DNA of 63,661 nt, counting the filler, from Octopus bimaculoides (Eukaryota): the NCBI RefSeq assembly GCF_001194135.2. It is 5 parts of 5 records of this genome, joined end to end, with 100 filler letters (N's around TTAATTAATTAA, not from the genome) between each part and the next. Parts side by side here need not be neighbours in the genome. Positions count along the whole stretch, not along the records: positions 10,120 to 33,127 come from NC_068993.1; positions 33,228 to 42,162 come from NC_068991.1; 3 more parts are not named here. One strand, given 5' to 3'. The first letter of the stretch is position 1. Each line of letters opens with the position of its first letter. Shown here piece by piece: positions 23,991 to 36,746 of this stretch. The notes beneath the pieces are model-generated. The model was not told where the DNA came from. It did no database searches and saw nothing but the letters and a program-made list of their open reading frames with translations. A program made the translations under genes and the position numbers.

Positions 23991-25860
23991 TTTGAATAAT
24001 ATTTCAACAGATCTTCTTCAGGTTCAAAATGTAAAATGAAAATATCCGCAGAAACACAGAAATTCAAAATATAAAGAAAGAAATCTTGCATTCCTATTTC
24101 AATAGAATGACATCATCAGTTTTTAATTTCATAACTGGTCAAAGGAAAAAGAAGAAAGAAAAAAAAGGAAAAAGAATATTTTGTCAAACAGTTTCGTGTA
24201 AATGTGTTGAAATTCACCTATCATTTTATTCATTCCTCCAGGACATGATGCTAGTAATTCACAAATATATTTGTCCCCATGCATTTCGAGGACTGAAAAA
24301 GTTGTAGAGTAAGAATATTTCCTGAGAATGTCCACTTGCAATTGTTTGATGTAAAATGTTCTATCAAACTATTGCTATTGTGCCCATGGAAACTTTAATT
24401 AAATTGCTATGTTGTACAACCAACGTAAATTAAATTGTGTTTATAGCATTCTGTTGTGTACACCAAATGGAAATCTTTACAAGTCTGTTTAAATCATAAC
24501 ATTTCTGTTATGATTTGTGATGAAATTGACTTGGCTCATGTTGTACCATAACGAACAGGGCTTACTTCTCTTGCAGCTGTTTGTCAAGGTGCAGTATTCA
24601 GAAACTTCAATGGTAGGTTTCCTGGGGTCAGAGGTAATGGTTAAAATTTCTCTTATATTTTTATTGCATCTAAAAACTACAATAGGCATCTGGGGGAATA
24701 TTTGTTTGAAATAAGGATATTTTCCTGCAATATGCTGGTAACTTTCATGCAACACTGAGTGAAATTTCAGTGTCGGCTAATCACTGATGGAAGTCTATCA
24801 CAAATTTTACTTTGGTTGCTAAAATTATGCATGTAAATTTGACTTTCCTTGTTAATTTTAGCTATGTCATTTGTGATTTCCTTTGATCATGATAAAATGG
24901 TGTACAAAAGCATTTGCATGTTTCCCCCATAGCAGTACAAATCTGATTTATCCTCAAAAATTGGGATTTGGGATTTGACCTAATTATATGATGTGGATGA
25001 TTGGAGTGGCAATTTGCAAAATAACTCTATCACTATTCTGTCTCTAGAAAACTTTTGTGCCCAAAAACTGAACACTAGTTTTTGAAAAACTAGATGTAAG
25101 CTTTCTATTGGACTTAAAGCCATAGTTTTTAGCATAACAGTCACAGAAATGCAAGAAGTTAACTGAACTGTCCTGTGATCCTCCTCAGATGTAAAATACA
25201 TCTTCAATGAACCATAACCAGAGTATTGGTTCATGACCACGCAGGGATTTAAATGTCCTCATTAAGTGTGGTGGTAAAAGTTTTGTCCAAACATCATTGT
25301 GTTACTTTGTAACACAAACTACAGAGAAAATTAGATGGAATACTTTTCTGTGACCATTCTTCAAAGGCATTCATGCATGCTCCCACCCACTCATCATGGT
25401 CAATATCAGGGTAGAGTAAAGAAACATTTATAGTTACCAAAAAAACAGTTTTCAACACAACTTTGGTGTTTAGAAAGTTATTAATTTTAGACACAAAATC
25501 AAAAGTATCCCGAACGTAGGAACTTGATCTTTTTGCTACAGGGAGTAGAAAGCTATTCTGAAATTTTGACTGTACAACATACATATCCACCGCAAATTGA
25601 GTGCATTGGAGGAAATTTTTCAAACTTTTTGTATATTTTGGGGAGACCATAAAATACAGGTGTTTTTATTCTGACTGTAAAATCCTGGATTCAGTCTTAT
25701 TTATGAAATTATTTTCCTCCATTTCCAGAATTATTTTGTCAAGTTCCTCTCATTAATTCTTCATATAAAGTTTTGTCACTTAAAACTTTTTCACAAACCG
25801 AAATAGGAACACAGGATTTCTTCATTCACATTTTAAATTTGTGTTTCTGCAGTTATTTTA
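23991..25860 (-). mobile_element. Penelope-like element remnant (RT + GIY-YIG) with a short inverted terminal repeat
   Basis: Minus-strand fragments in the expected order: LLPVAKRSSSYVRDTFDFVSKI...LVTINVSLLYPDIDH; PILWLWFIEDVFYI (degenerate RYIDD)...VQFLGTKV; IFPQMPIVVFRCNKNIREIL; LIYVGCTT (GIY-YIG). Degenerate hammerhead at 23991-24028. 24040-24094 is inverted at 25800-25860. Confidence 0.88.
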
Positions 25861-27640
25861 TCATCATCATCATTGTTTAATGACTGTTTTCCATGCTGGT
25901 ATGGGTTGTACGGTTTGACTGAGGACTGACTCCAATCTGATCTGGCAAGGTTTCTACAGCTGGATGCCCTTCCTAATGCCAACCACTCCGGGAGAGTAGT
26001 GAGTGGGTGCATTTTATGTGCCAGTCAGGTGGCACTACATCGGCCATGACTATGATTTCACTTGACTCAACAGGTCTTTTCAAGCACAGCATATTGCCTG
26101 ATGATTTAAGGATACTTTTAAACAGGCCAGTTATGCAAGACTGGCATCAGCCATGGCTATGATCTCACTTAGCTTGCCAGGTCTTTTCAAGCACAGCATA
26201 TCTCCAAAGGTTTCGGTCACTTGTCAGTGTTTCTGTGAGACCCAATGTTTGAAGGTCATGCTTCACCACCTCATCTCATATCTTCCACAGGTTCCCTCCA
26301 CTGTTATGGTGTGACACTTCTTCACACAGCTGTCCTCATCTATATGCAACACATGACCATACCAGTGTATCTGATGCTTCTATGTCCAACTTTTCTCTCA
26401 GGGTGCTAACACTGTCGTGTATGCACACTGACATAAAACATCCAGCAGAGCATACTAGCTTCATTTCTTTCAAGCCTATGCATGTCCTCAGCAGTCACAG
26501 CCCATGTTTCACTACTGTGTAGCATGGCTGTTCACACACATGCATCATACAGTCTACCTTTTACTCTGAGCAAGTGGCCCTTTGTTACCAGCAGAGGTGG
26601 GAGCTCAGTGAACTTTGCCCAGGCTATTCTTATTCTAATAGCTATGCTCTCAGAGCATCCACCTCCACAACTGACTTGGTCACCTAGGTAATGGAAGATA
26701 TCAACTACTTCTAGTTTTTCTCCTTGGCATGTGATGAAATTTGTTTTCTGTGCATCTTTGATGTTTATTGCCCCTGTACATCTGCCACACACAAAAACTA
26801 TCTTCCCCTCCTTTGATATTGCTGCACTTCTTATGTGTCCATAGCTTACATTGGGTACATCTTATGGAATTTCTACCTATGCCTTTTCTACAGATTGAGC
26901 AGGGCCATCCACCTGAAAGGATTTGTGATTTATCTGCCTTCCTACTTACTAAGACTTTAGTTCTTACTAAATTGACTCAAAGGCTCTTTGATTCTAGACT
27001 TTGCTTCCACACCTGAAATTTCTTCTCTAGTTCATGTAGAAACTGAGCTATTAGAGCAAAGTCATCAGCAAAGAGGAGTTCCCAGGTACAGCCTGTCTTG
27101 AATTCTTCTGTTATTTCCTGGAGGACCATGATGAATAAGAGGGGGCTGCGGACTGATCCTTGGTGAACCCCTACTTCTACCTAGAATTCTTCACTATACT
27201 CATTGCCAAGCCTCACCTCGCTGACAGCATCCCTGTACATGACTTGTACAGCTCTCAGCAACCACTCATCTATCCCTAGTTTCCACACTAACCACCAGAT
27301 AAGGGATCAGGGCACTCTGTCGAAAGCTTTCTCTATGTCAATGAAAGCCAAGGACAGAGGTTTATCCTTGGCCAGCAATTTCTCCTGCAGCTGTCTTTCC
27401 AGAAATATAGCATCAGTGGTGCTTCTCCCTGGCAAAAACCCAAACTGCATCTTGTCTAGACTAACTCTCACCCTGATTAGTTGGGCTATGGCCCTCTCCG
27501 TGACTTTCATCACCTGATCCAACAATTTGATACCTCTGTAGTTATTCCTGGGTAATGAATCACCTTTACCTTTGTAGCAGTTGACTATGGTACTGCTACA
27601 AGTCGTTGGGTATGACTCCTTCATGTGTTACCTGGTTGAC
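25861..27640 (-). mobile_element. 5'-truncated RTE-clade LINE
   Basis: RT fragments NYRGIKLLDQVMKVTER...QFGFLPGRSTTDAIF...AFIDIEKAFDRVP, VGVHQGSVRSPLLFI, ELLFADDFAL, LEVVDIFHYLGDQ. 3' UTR ends in a (GAT)n tail at ~25861-25872. Confidence 0.92.
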
Positions 27641-27702
27641 TATACGGGTGACTAGACTATAGCCTACACTGCCAAACCTGAGATAGACTTGTTGAATTAT
27701 CA

Positions 27703-28545
27703 TTCATCATCATCATCATCATCGTTTAACGTCCGCCTTCCATGCTAGCATGGGTTGGACGATTTGACTGAGGACTGGTGAAACCGGATGGCAACACCAG
27801 GCTCCAATCTAATTTGGCAGAGTTTCTACAACTGGATGCCCTTCCTAACGCCAACCACTCAGAGAGTGTAGTGGGTGCTTTTACGTGTCACCCGCACGAA
27901 AACGGCCACGCTCGAAATGGTGTCTTTTATGTGCCACCCGCACAAGAGCCAGTCCAGGGGCACCGGCAACGATCTCGCTCGAAAAACNNNNNNNNNNNNN
28001 NNNNNNNNNNNNNNNNNNNNNNNNNNNNNNNNNNNNNNNNNNNNNNNNNNNNNNNNNNNNNNNNNNNNNNNNNNNNNNNNNNNNNNNNNNNNNNNNNNNN
28101 NNNNNNNNNNNNNNNNNNNNNNNNNNNNNNNNNNNNNNNNNNNNNNNNNNNNNNNNNNNNNNNNNNNNNNNNNNNNNNNNNNNNNNNNNNNNNNNNNNNN
28201 NNNNNNNNNNNNNNNNNNNNNNNNNNNNNNNNNNNNNNNNNNNNNNNNNNNNNNNNNNNNNNNNNNNNNNNNNNNNNNNNNNNNNNNNNNNNNNNNNNNN
28301 NNNNNNNNNNNNNNCACCCGCACAAGAGCCAGTCCAGGGGCACCGGCAACGATCCCGCTCGAAAGACCCCCATGTGTCGCCCGCACACGAGCCAGCCCGG
28401 GGGCACCGGCAATGACCTCGCTCGAAAAACCTCATGTGTCACCCGCAAGCCGGCCCAGGGGCACTGGCAAACGATCCCGCTCGAAAGATATCATGTGTCG
28501 CCCGCACATGAGCCAGCCCGGGGGCACTGGCAAACGATCCATAGA
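27703..28545 (-). mobile_element. RTE-type 3' UTR copy containing a ~60-bp GC-rich minisatellite
   Basis: (CAT)n tail followed by cgtttaacgtccgccttccatgctagcatgggttgg. Tandem units cacccgcacaagagccagtccaggggcaccggcaacgatc.cgctcgaaa lie on both sides of the N gap. Confidence 0.8.
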
Positions 28546-30195
28546 AAAGTTGCACATATCTGCTTGGAACTGAGTAGCACATGTTTACTACTATCTGCCA
28601 AAGACCAAATTGTTACTTTGCTGCTATGCTGCACCTCAACCATTTAGGCCTAAAAAAATGGCTTCTGTTCCTTTAAGACTTTGGGCATGTGCTTTAGATC
28701 GATCAAAATTGCTTCTCTGTGGTTCACATTGAAGAAATGGTCAAGAGCCAATATTGAAACAGGCACAGTGGTGATGTTGCTTTTTTGAATGCTTTCTCTT
28801 GGTTTCTTATTCAGTCACCTTTAGTTGAGTTTTCTCTACCACTACTTCTTTACTAAGCCTTCAGAATAAACCACCATTTATTTTTAATGATTGCCCCCTG
28901 TCAATACCTGCTTAACTAATTTATTAATCTGGTCTCTGTAAGCTTGGCACATTGCAAAAAATATGTGACATGTTTAACTTACAGTAACTAGGTCTTTGCC
29001 TATAAAACCTAAGTTGACCATACAGAAAAAAAAGCATGTGTAGCCGATCACTTTGACTTGTGGATAACCTATGGTATCTCTGTCTATTAGACCACTCTAT
29101 AAACTGTCTGAGAATACTCTTGATACCATCTGTATGACCTGATGTGGTCTGTTCATGTTCACATTGGCGCTTTTAAGAAATCCTCTTGGCACCTGTCAAC
29201 CATTTTGAAATATCTGAATGGCTTTGTGAGGTTCCTGTACTCCCTCTTCAGTCAGCTATCCCCAGAAACTTTAAGTATACATCCAAGATGGCATACCAAT
29301 CAACCACAAGCCTTAAAGAATGAAACATTTCTAGAAAGACCTCCCTGATCCTGTTGGGGCATAGACACCTGCTAGCCTGAAAGTATAGCCTCACTACTGG
29401 ACATATCCAGTGTCAACATCTTAATTTCTTGGTCCAGGAAGATAGTCTGTATAGCAAAATTCAGGCTTTTCTGAAACAATTCACTCACTCTGCCTCCTGA
29501 CTACAGCGAGATACATACCTTATACCTTCAACAGTGGGCTTAGAGGGAATTTTAGAGATAAAAAACGAGTTATATCATAATTTGTCATTTGCAGACTTAA
29601 CCATGTAGTGGGAAAGGTTAGAAGCTCAATTATCAAGATGTTTTCACCAGAAATACAGGATATGAAGTGTGAGACATAATGCAATATTGTGAGCTCAGAG
29701 ATCAGCTGTTGGGGTTTATTAAGTGATGATACTGACTATTGTCACACACATGCATGCACGCACACACACAATTATGCAAAAATTTACACAACATTGAAAA
29801 AGTAATAAAAAAACAACATAAGTTGGATAATGCAGTCCAAGAAACACTATATTAGAATAACTAGTATACCTTCATTAGGTCAAGGTTGACTCAGAGCTAC
29901 ACATTAATAATATCAAAATACAAAGACAAACAAATGAGGCATCCTCTACATAGTTACTTGACCTGCTAGAAACAGTAGCTGAGTTTTCCTCAAATAACAT
30001 TTAAAGACTTGAATAACAAAGGAGAGATGTTAGACTATGTAACCCTACATACACCTAAAAACTAGGATGGCCATGGCTAGGAAGCTTCCAGTCATACAGC
30101 AGGTTGCCTGAACAGAGTTGGCCTGAGGTTGAATTAGCAACAAAAGCAATAGACAAGGTAAGTTATAGATCATTAAAATAATTAGCTCTTCTCAC

Positions 30196-30288
30196 CTGAT
30201 ACAGAATATTTATAAATAGTCTTGTTATCCCATAGTAACTTGACTTCAGCTCCGATGTCTTCTCGTAAATAAGTCAGTTTAACACAAG
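30196..30288 (-). CDS. Internal exon of the DUF4773-like gene
   Basis: Acceptor tttcttttccttccag, donor CAG|GTGAG, 93 nt, phase 1-1, open: (A)CVKLTYLREDIGAEVKLLWDNKTIYKYSVS. Joins in frame with both neighbouring exons. Confidence 0.85.
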
Positions 30289-30574
30289 CTGGAAGGAAAA
30301 GAAACAATGTCATTTGCAATAGTGTAGGCAAATACTGATTGACTGAATGTGTTCAGTTGCAGATGTGTGTGCATTTTTGATTGTGTGCATGCATCATTGA
30401 TTTTGCGTGCATGCAGGCATATGTGTGTATGTGTGGGGGTGCATGTTTTTTGAGTGTTTGTATGTTCTCTTTTGTTCTTATCACTCAAAGAAATATGGAA
30501 TTTATCCAAACATATTACGCTGGGCCTCACAGAGACAACGACAAGAGATTGAGACCTCTGGAGATATGCTGTGA

Positions 30575-31197
30575 TTGAGAAGACCTGCCAAGTAAGGTGA
30601 GATCACAGCTGTAGCCGATATCAATGCGCATAACTATCCCATTAAAAAAGTCCCTTTGAATCGTCGGGCAACACACCGTGCTTGAAGAGACCTATTGAGT
30701 CAAGTAAAATCAAATATCAAAATCAAAATCAAAATCTCAATCAAATCGAAATTGAAAATGGAAATTGTAGTTGTGGCTGATGCCAGTGCTGCCTGACTGG
30801 CTCCTGTGCTGGTGGCATGCAATAAGCATCATTCATGCATGGGTCATTGCCAGTACCGTCTCACTGGCTCCCCATGCAGGTGGCACGTAAAAAGCACCAT
30901 CTGAATGTAGTCGATGCAAGCCCCACTACCCTGACTAGCTCCTGTGCCGGTAGCACATAAAAAGCACTGTCTGAACGCGGTCGATACCAGTGCTGCCTGA
31001 CTGGCTCCCCTGTCAGTGGAACATAAAAAGCACCCACTGCACTCTTGGAGTGGTTGGTGTTAGGAAGGGCATCCAGATCAGATTGGAGAAACATTGCCAA
31101 ATCAGATTGGAGCCTGGTGCAGCCTCCTGGCTTGCCAATCTTCAGTCAAACTGTCCAACCCATGCCAGCATGGAAAACGGACGTTAAATGATGATGT
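30575..31197 (+). mobile_element. RTE-type 3' UTR fragment
   Basis: Ends aaaagcacccact...ttaggaagggcatccag...ccatgccagcatggaaaacggacgttaaatgatgatg, the reverse complement of the 25861 and 27703 tails. Confidence 0.8.
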
Positions 31198-32089
31198 ACT
31201 TATTCACACATACATCCATCTACCTATAAACATAGATGTGTTTATGTATGCAAATGCATATGCACACATGCACATATTTATATGTATCTACCGAAGCATA
31301 TGTTGGTGGAAGGGCATACATATCTGGGCTCAGATGGTGGTAGAGTGGTAATCCTTAATTCTTCTATGTTTTACAGATTAAACACCAGAAGAAAATCTTT
31401 GCTCACCAACTGAATAAACCAGCAAGAAAAAGCTTCAGCCAAAATGAATTTTATAACACCTAAAACAGACACATACATATGCACACATAAAAAGACACAC
31501 AAAATCTGGATCACCCTACGTAAGCTATTTCCATACATGTATATATACATATAATCATCATCATCGTATATATACACACACAACATATATATATACACAC
31601 ATTCACACAAACACAGAAATGTATATATATAGATACATTTTATTTAGGTCACTCTGTATATCTTTTGTCGTTTATTTATTTCAGTCATTGGGCTGTGAAC
31701 ATTATGAGGCACCCACTTAAGGGGGGTTTAGTCCAAATAATTGACCTCAAGACGTTTTTTTTAAAGTCTGGTACTTATTTTATTGGGCTGTTTTGTTGAA
31801 CTGCTAAGTTACAAGGACATAAACAAACCATCATCAGTTGTCATACAGTGGTAGGAAACAAACAGAAAGAAAAACACGTCTGTCTGGTTATTGGATTATT
31901 TATCTCAGGAAACAGGGAAGAGAAAGATAACATCAGTGTGACTTGATTAAATAGGAAGATGATGTGGATAAGGAAAATGATAGTGGTGATGATGTTAGTG
32001 GGAGTTAGTGATGGTGTGGTAGATAGTTATGTAAGAGAGAGAGAGAAAGAGAGATGGAAAGAGTTAAATGTCAAAGAAATATCTCTTAC

Positions 32090-32263
32090 CTGTGTCATTA
32101 ATTTTCAAAGATTTTACATAGATGTGCTTACAACATTCCCATGTGTCATTGAAAGTGATACAGGATCGACGATCTGTCTTAATCAAGTCAATGTATGCTT
32201 TCTCATTTAACTGCAGGCCAGTAACAATAGATTTCCAAGACTTTGAGTAAATATTTGCAGATA
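32090..32263 (-). CDS. Internal exon of the DUF4773-like gene
   Basis: Acceptor tttgaatgtcatttag, donor CAG|GTAAG, 174 nt, phase 1-1. Only one frame is open: SANIYSKSWKSIVTGLQLNEKAYIDLIKTDRRSCITFNDTWECCKHIYVKSLKINDT. The CC...NDT-A-CVxxTY junction matches the start of the DUF4773 pattern. Confidence 0.82.
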
Positions 32264-32792
32264 CTAAATGACATTCAAAGTAAAGGAAATGAAAAAGTTA
32301 GTGAAAAATAAAATATAAAAAACACATGGTTCATGTAAAAAACATATAATACACAATATAATACATATAAAAATATATACAGCTACACTGACTCAGTTTT
32401 CAAAATAGAAGCATGCTTGTGTATGTGTGTGCATGTGTGTGTATGTGTGTGTGTGTGTGTGTGTGTATGTGTGTGTGCACGAATATAAACTTTTATGTAC
32501 AAATATATATGACAGCCAACCCCATAGCACATGTGATTATCGCTCCTGGAAAAAAGCTCTGAGAAAATTGCAGAAGGTAGGCTAAGTACAAAATCGATAG
32601 TATTTTCTGATTGAGATATATAATAGTTATAAGTATCAATACCTCATACTTAGTTACTTAATAATATTGAATGGACATAAGTATTGACTCCTAGAAGTGA
32701 TCATTTGTAGCTAAAGGTAAGGTGTTTTACTTTTATGTACCACAATATCGTAACTGAAGTAGCTTTATTTAAATTTACACTTCACAATTTAC

Positions 32793-32889
32793 CTACCATT
32801 ACACACATAGGTTTAAGAAACATGAAAAGATTGTGAACTGATTGGTAACTTTTTTGTGTTCTATATCTTTTGGATGTAGAACTGTCCAT
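32793..32889 (-). CDS. Candidate first coding exon of the DUF4773-like gene
   Basis: gaaATGG start context, open MDSSTSKRYRTQKSYQSVHNLFMFLKPMCVMV, phase-1 donor TAG|GTAAAT that joins the 32263 exon in frame. No homology support. Confidence 0.4.
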
Positions 32890-33227
32890 TTCAGTACTCT
32901 AATTTATAAATTGATTGCTTAATCTCTTTCGATTTCTCATCTCACTCTCTCCTTTTGGCATAAAACAGTCAAATGTGAAAAGGTGGGTTTTCTCTTTCTA
33001 TCCATGTCTCACACACTTACTCTCTCTCTCTCTCTATCTATTGATCTATGTGTGTACATGAAAATATATCTATAGAAAGTTTATAGATATATACTCAAAC
33101 ATATATACATACATATATATATATATANNNNNNNNNNNNNNNNNNNNNNNNNNNNNNNNNNNNNNNNNNNNTTAATTAATTAANNNNNNNNNNNNNNNNN
33201 NNNNNNNNNNNNNNNNNNNNNNNNNNN

Positions 33228-33292
<65 letters not shown>

Positions 33293-34601
33293 GCATGTAG
33301 ATAATAATAATAATAATAATATTGATAATGATAATAATAATGTACACACATACACACACGTTATTGTTGCTGTTCCTGTTTAAGTTACATGTGTTTCGTT
33401 TTTCCATTGTGTCGTTGTTTTTGTTGGGGTTGTTTTTATTGTTGTCGTTGTTGTTGTTGTTGTTTGTTGTTGTTGTTGTTTAAGTTATATGGAATTTCTG
33501 TTTTTTTTTGTTTTTGTTTCTCTCCATTCTGTAGCTATTGTTGTTGTTACTGATATCGTTGTGGCTTAACTTATATGGTGCTTTCGCTGTTTGTTTTTCG
33601 TTTCCTCACCCCCTCTCTTTCTTTCACTCTCTCTCCCTCCTCCCCTCTCTCACTCACACACACACACATACACACACGTTCTCACATAAACACACATTTG
33701 TATCATTTTATTACATTATTGTTTTTACTATTTAATTTTATCATTACTAGTTTCATTATTGTATTTTCTTTTGTTCTTTCATTCTCTTTTCCTTTTTTTT
33801 GTGGGTAATTTTAGTGTTATTTTCCCTCCCACCTCTTTCACGCATTTAGTGTATTCATTTTATCCTTTTGACTAATCTTTTTATATATTTTTTTTGCGGT
33901 ATTTCATTCTTTTTCTTTCCTTTGTTACACTGTCTTTCCTCGTTCTCCCTCGTTTTTATTTTAACCCTTGTCTTACTTCAGAATCGTTCATTCATTCCTT
34001 TTTCTTTCTTTCCTCCACTTTTTCTTTCTTCTTTTCTTTCTATCCTCCATTACTTCTTTCTTTTCTTTGTTATTCCTTAATCTCTCTTCTTTCTACATTA
34101 TGTTCACTATTTCGCTCTTCTTCGCAATTTCTTTCTTTCTTTCTTATTCTTGTTTCTTTCTTATTCTTGTTCTTTCTCGTTCATTTTCTTTTTAATATAT
34201 TTCCTTCCAATTTTCATTCATTTATTCCTTTATGTGCATTCAAATACTGATTTATTCCTTCATATTTTTTTGCCTCTTTCTTCTCTTTAAAATGTCGTCT
34301 GCTCTTCTTGGTTTAATCCTCCATATTTGATTTATTGTATTGTCCTCATAGTTAAGGTTTTATCTCACGCGTGTGTGTGTGTGTGTGTATGTGTATAAAT
34401 GAGTGTATATATGTCGTGTATGAGAATGTACATGAGCTTGTTTATGTATATATTTGTATATGTACATGATATATGTGTGTGGTTCAAAGCACTTGCAGAA
34501 ATTACAGATTTTTTTCCCTCTTTTTTCTTTGGTTTCATTATTATTATTTCCATTATTAACCATTATCATCTTTACTATCATTATCACCCCCAATCACCCC
34601 A

Positions 34602-34635
34602 CCACCGCCACCACCACCATCACCACCACGATCAT

Positions 34636-34706
<71 letters not shown>

Positions 34707-34750
34707 GTAGTAGTAGTAGTAGTAGTAGCAGCAGCAGCATAAGTAGTAGT
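34602..34750. repeat. Compound trinucleotide array (CAC/CAT/TAT/TAG/CAG)
   Basis: Direct reading. It explains the poly-H, poly-I, poly-Y and poly-S ORFs in the track. Confidence 0.95.
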
Positions 34751-35140
34751 TCTTCCTGTAGCTTTTTAGCCTCAAATATTACGGAATTTTCCTTCCATTT
34801 CTCTTTATCATTAATATATTAAATTAATTGCTTTTTTTTTTCTTTTTCTTTTTTTTTTTTGGATAGCTTATTTTCGTTTTATTCCGTGGTTGCATTTGTG
34901 GCTAATATCATAATTAGTAAGGCCACGAGCTGTCAAAATCGTTAGTGCGTCGTACACAATACTTGTCGGTACGTATTTCGTTCTACTCCTTTTACATTCC
35001 GAGTTCAGATTCTGCCCAAGTCAACTTTGTCTTTCATCCTTCCCGATAAAATAAGTGACAGTTGAACTTTAGGGGTCCCTGTAATCGATTAAATTCTTCG
35101 CTCAAATTTCCAGCCTTTTGTCTGTGTTAGAAAGAACTAT

Positions 35141-35287
35141 TAGGGAAAGGCTTGCTTCCCAACTACATGGCTTCGGGTTCAGTCCCACTACGTGACACCT
35201 TGGACAAGTGTCTTCTACTATAGCCTCGAGCTGACCAAAACCATGAGTGTGGATTTGTTAGACGGAAACCGAAAGAAGCCCGTCGCA

Positions 35288-35350
<63 letters not shown>

Positions 35351-35387
35351 CTGTCTGTCTGTCTGTCTGTCTGTCTGCCTGCCTGCA

Positions 35388-35418
<31 letters not shown>

Positions 35419-35431
35419 TTATCTATCTACA

Positions 35432-35472
<41 letters not shown>

Positions 35473-35650
35473 ATTTGGCTACCACCACCATTTGGCAACC
35501 AGTGTTGGTGTGTTTACGTCCACATAACTTAGCTGTTCTACAAAAGAAACCGATAGAATAAGTTCCAAGCTTAATTAAATAAGTACTGAGATCGATTCCT
35601 TCGACTAAAAAAAATCTTGAAGGAGGTACCCCAGCATGGCCACAGTCATA
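35141..35650 (+). mobile_element. SINE family A
   Basis: Same head, core and 3' half as 47980-48410, with an expanded internal microsatellite. Confidence 0.85.
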
Positions 35651-36084
35651 TAAAAAAAAATGTGGCCTCTATTAGAGAATTTGTATAATGGTGAGTGAAC
35701 GCAGCAAAAATGGTTAAAATGAATAAACCTACTCTAAGCACGCGCCTTTATATTGAAGAACAACGGTTCGGTGAGGGTTCGTGCCATCGGTAGTCAGGGT
35801 AATCCTGGGTAGGTAGGTTCCTTCATTGGCCCTCGTTGGGGGTTCTCCTGTATCAGGTCTATTGCAGCATTTATATTATCACATACTTTGCATGCTATGT
35901 ATACTTTTATTTAATTTCCCCGTCTTTTTCCTTCCTTTCTCCTCATCTTTTACGTAAATCCCCACACAAATTGCAGGTTGTCCTTGTGATGACCCGTCTA
36001 TGCCCTTGTGGTAAATAAAAGAAATCCTCCTCCTCCTCATCATCATCATCATCCCTCTCCTTCCCCTTATTATTATTATTATTA

Positions 36085-36134
<50 letters not shown>

Positions 36135-36687
36135 GAGTGAGAGAGCAGTGCATGCCATCAAAGTGACACGGGGGTAAAATATACGAAGCCCAGTATACCC
36201 ATCATGACTACCTGTCTGATAAGGGTACACCAGGCACATGCATCACAACCATATGTGCGCGACATGGTGATCTCATATCAAGATAAACAGTGCATGACCT
36301 CGCAGGTGGGGCACAGTTAGAATTTTCTTCAGGTCGAGTAGCCATCTTGCTCAAAAGGTCCCTGAATAATGTTTGTTTAAGGATGTTGAGTAAAACACCC
36401 ATGTTTCCAGAGGTGAATTATCCAAACCCCAAAGAATTCCTCTCAACACATGGCTATGATGCTTCCCCACTACTTCTGCTCATGATCAGAGATGCACATA
36501 TCGTCAGCCGCCAAGGAACATGCTCAACTGGTTAAAGTCAAACAACTGACAAGCAAATCTGTGGTATTAAGCAGAATATTTGCTGTGGCACATCTTTTAT
36601 ACCAAGACTAAACACTGTACATGATAACACTTCCAATCAGTTAAGATGAGAAGACATGAATGCCATTGCCTGGTACTGCACCAGGGC

Positions 36688-36690
<3 letters not shown>
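36135..36690. mobile_element. ~555-bp non-coding insertion in an (ATT)n/(AAT)n tract
   Basis: Higher-GC, non-repetitive block with sharp boundaries and long ATT arrays on both sides. Terminal hairpin gcctggt-actgc-accagggc. No convincing ORF. Confidence 0.6.

Positions 36691-36746
<56 letters not shown>

Noticed and set aside
27890-28545. CRISPR-like array
   Set aside because: The units are contiguous diverged repeats without unique spacers, the context is eukaryotic, and they lie within an RTE 3' UTR.
31407-31459. 53-nt exon-like segment (AG...GTGAG) in an intron of the DUF4773-like gene
   Set aside because: Inclusion would shift the frame between two exons that already join in phase. At most a cryptic or poison exon; unsupported without RNA data.
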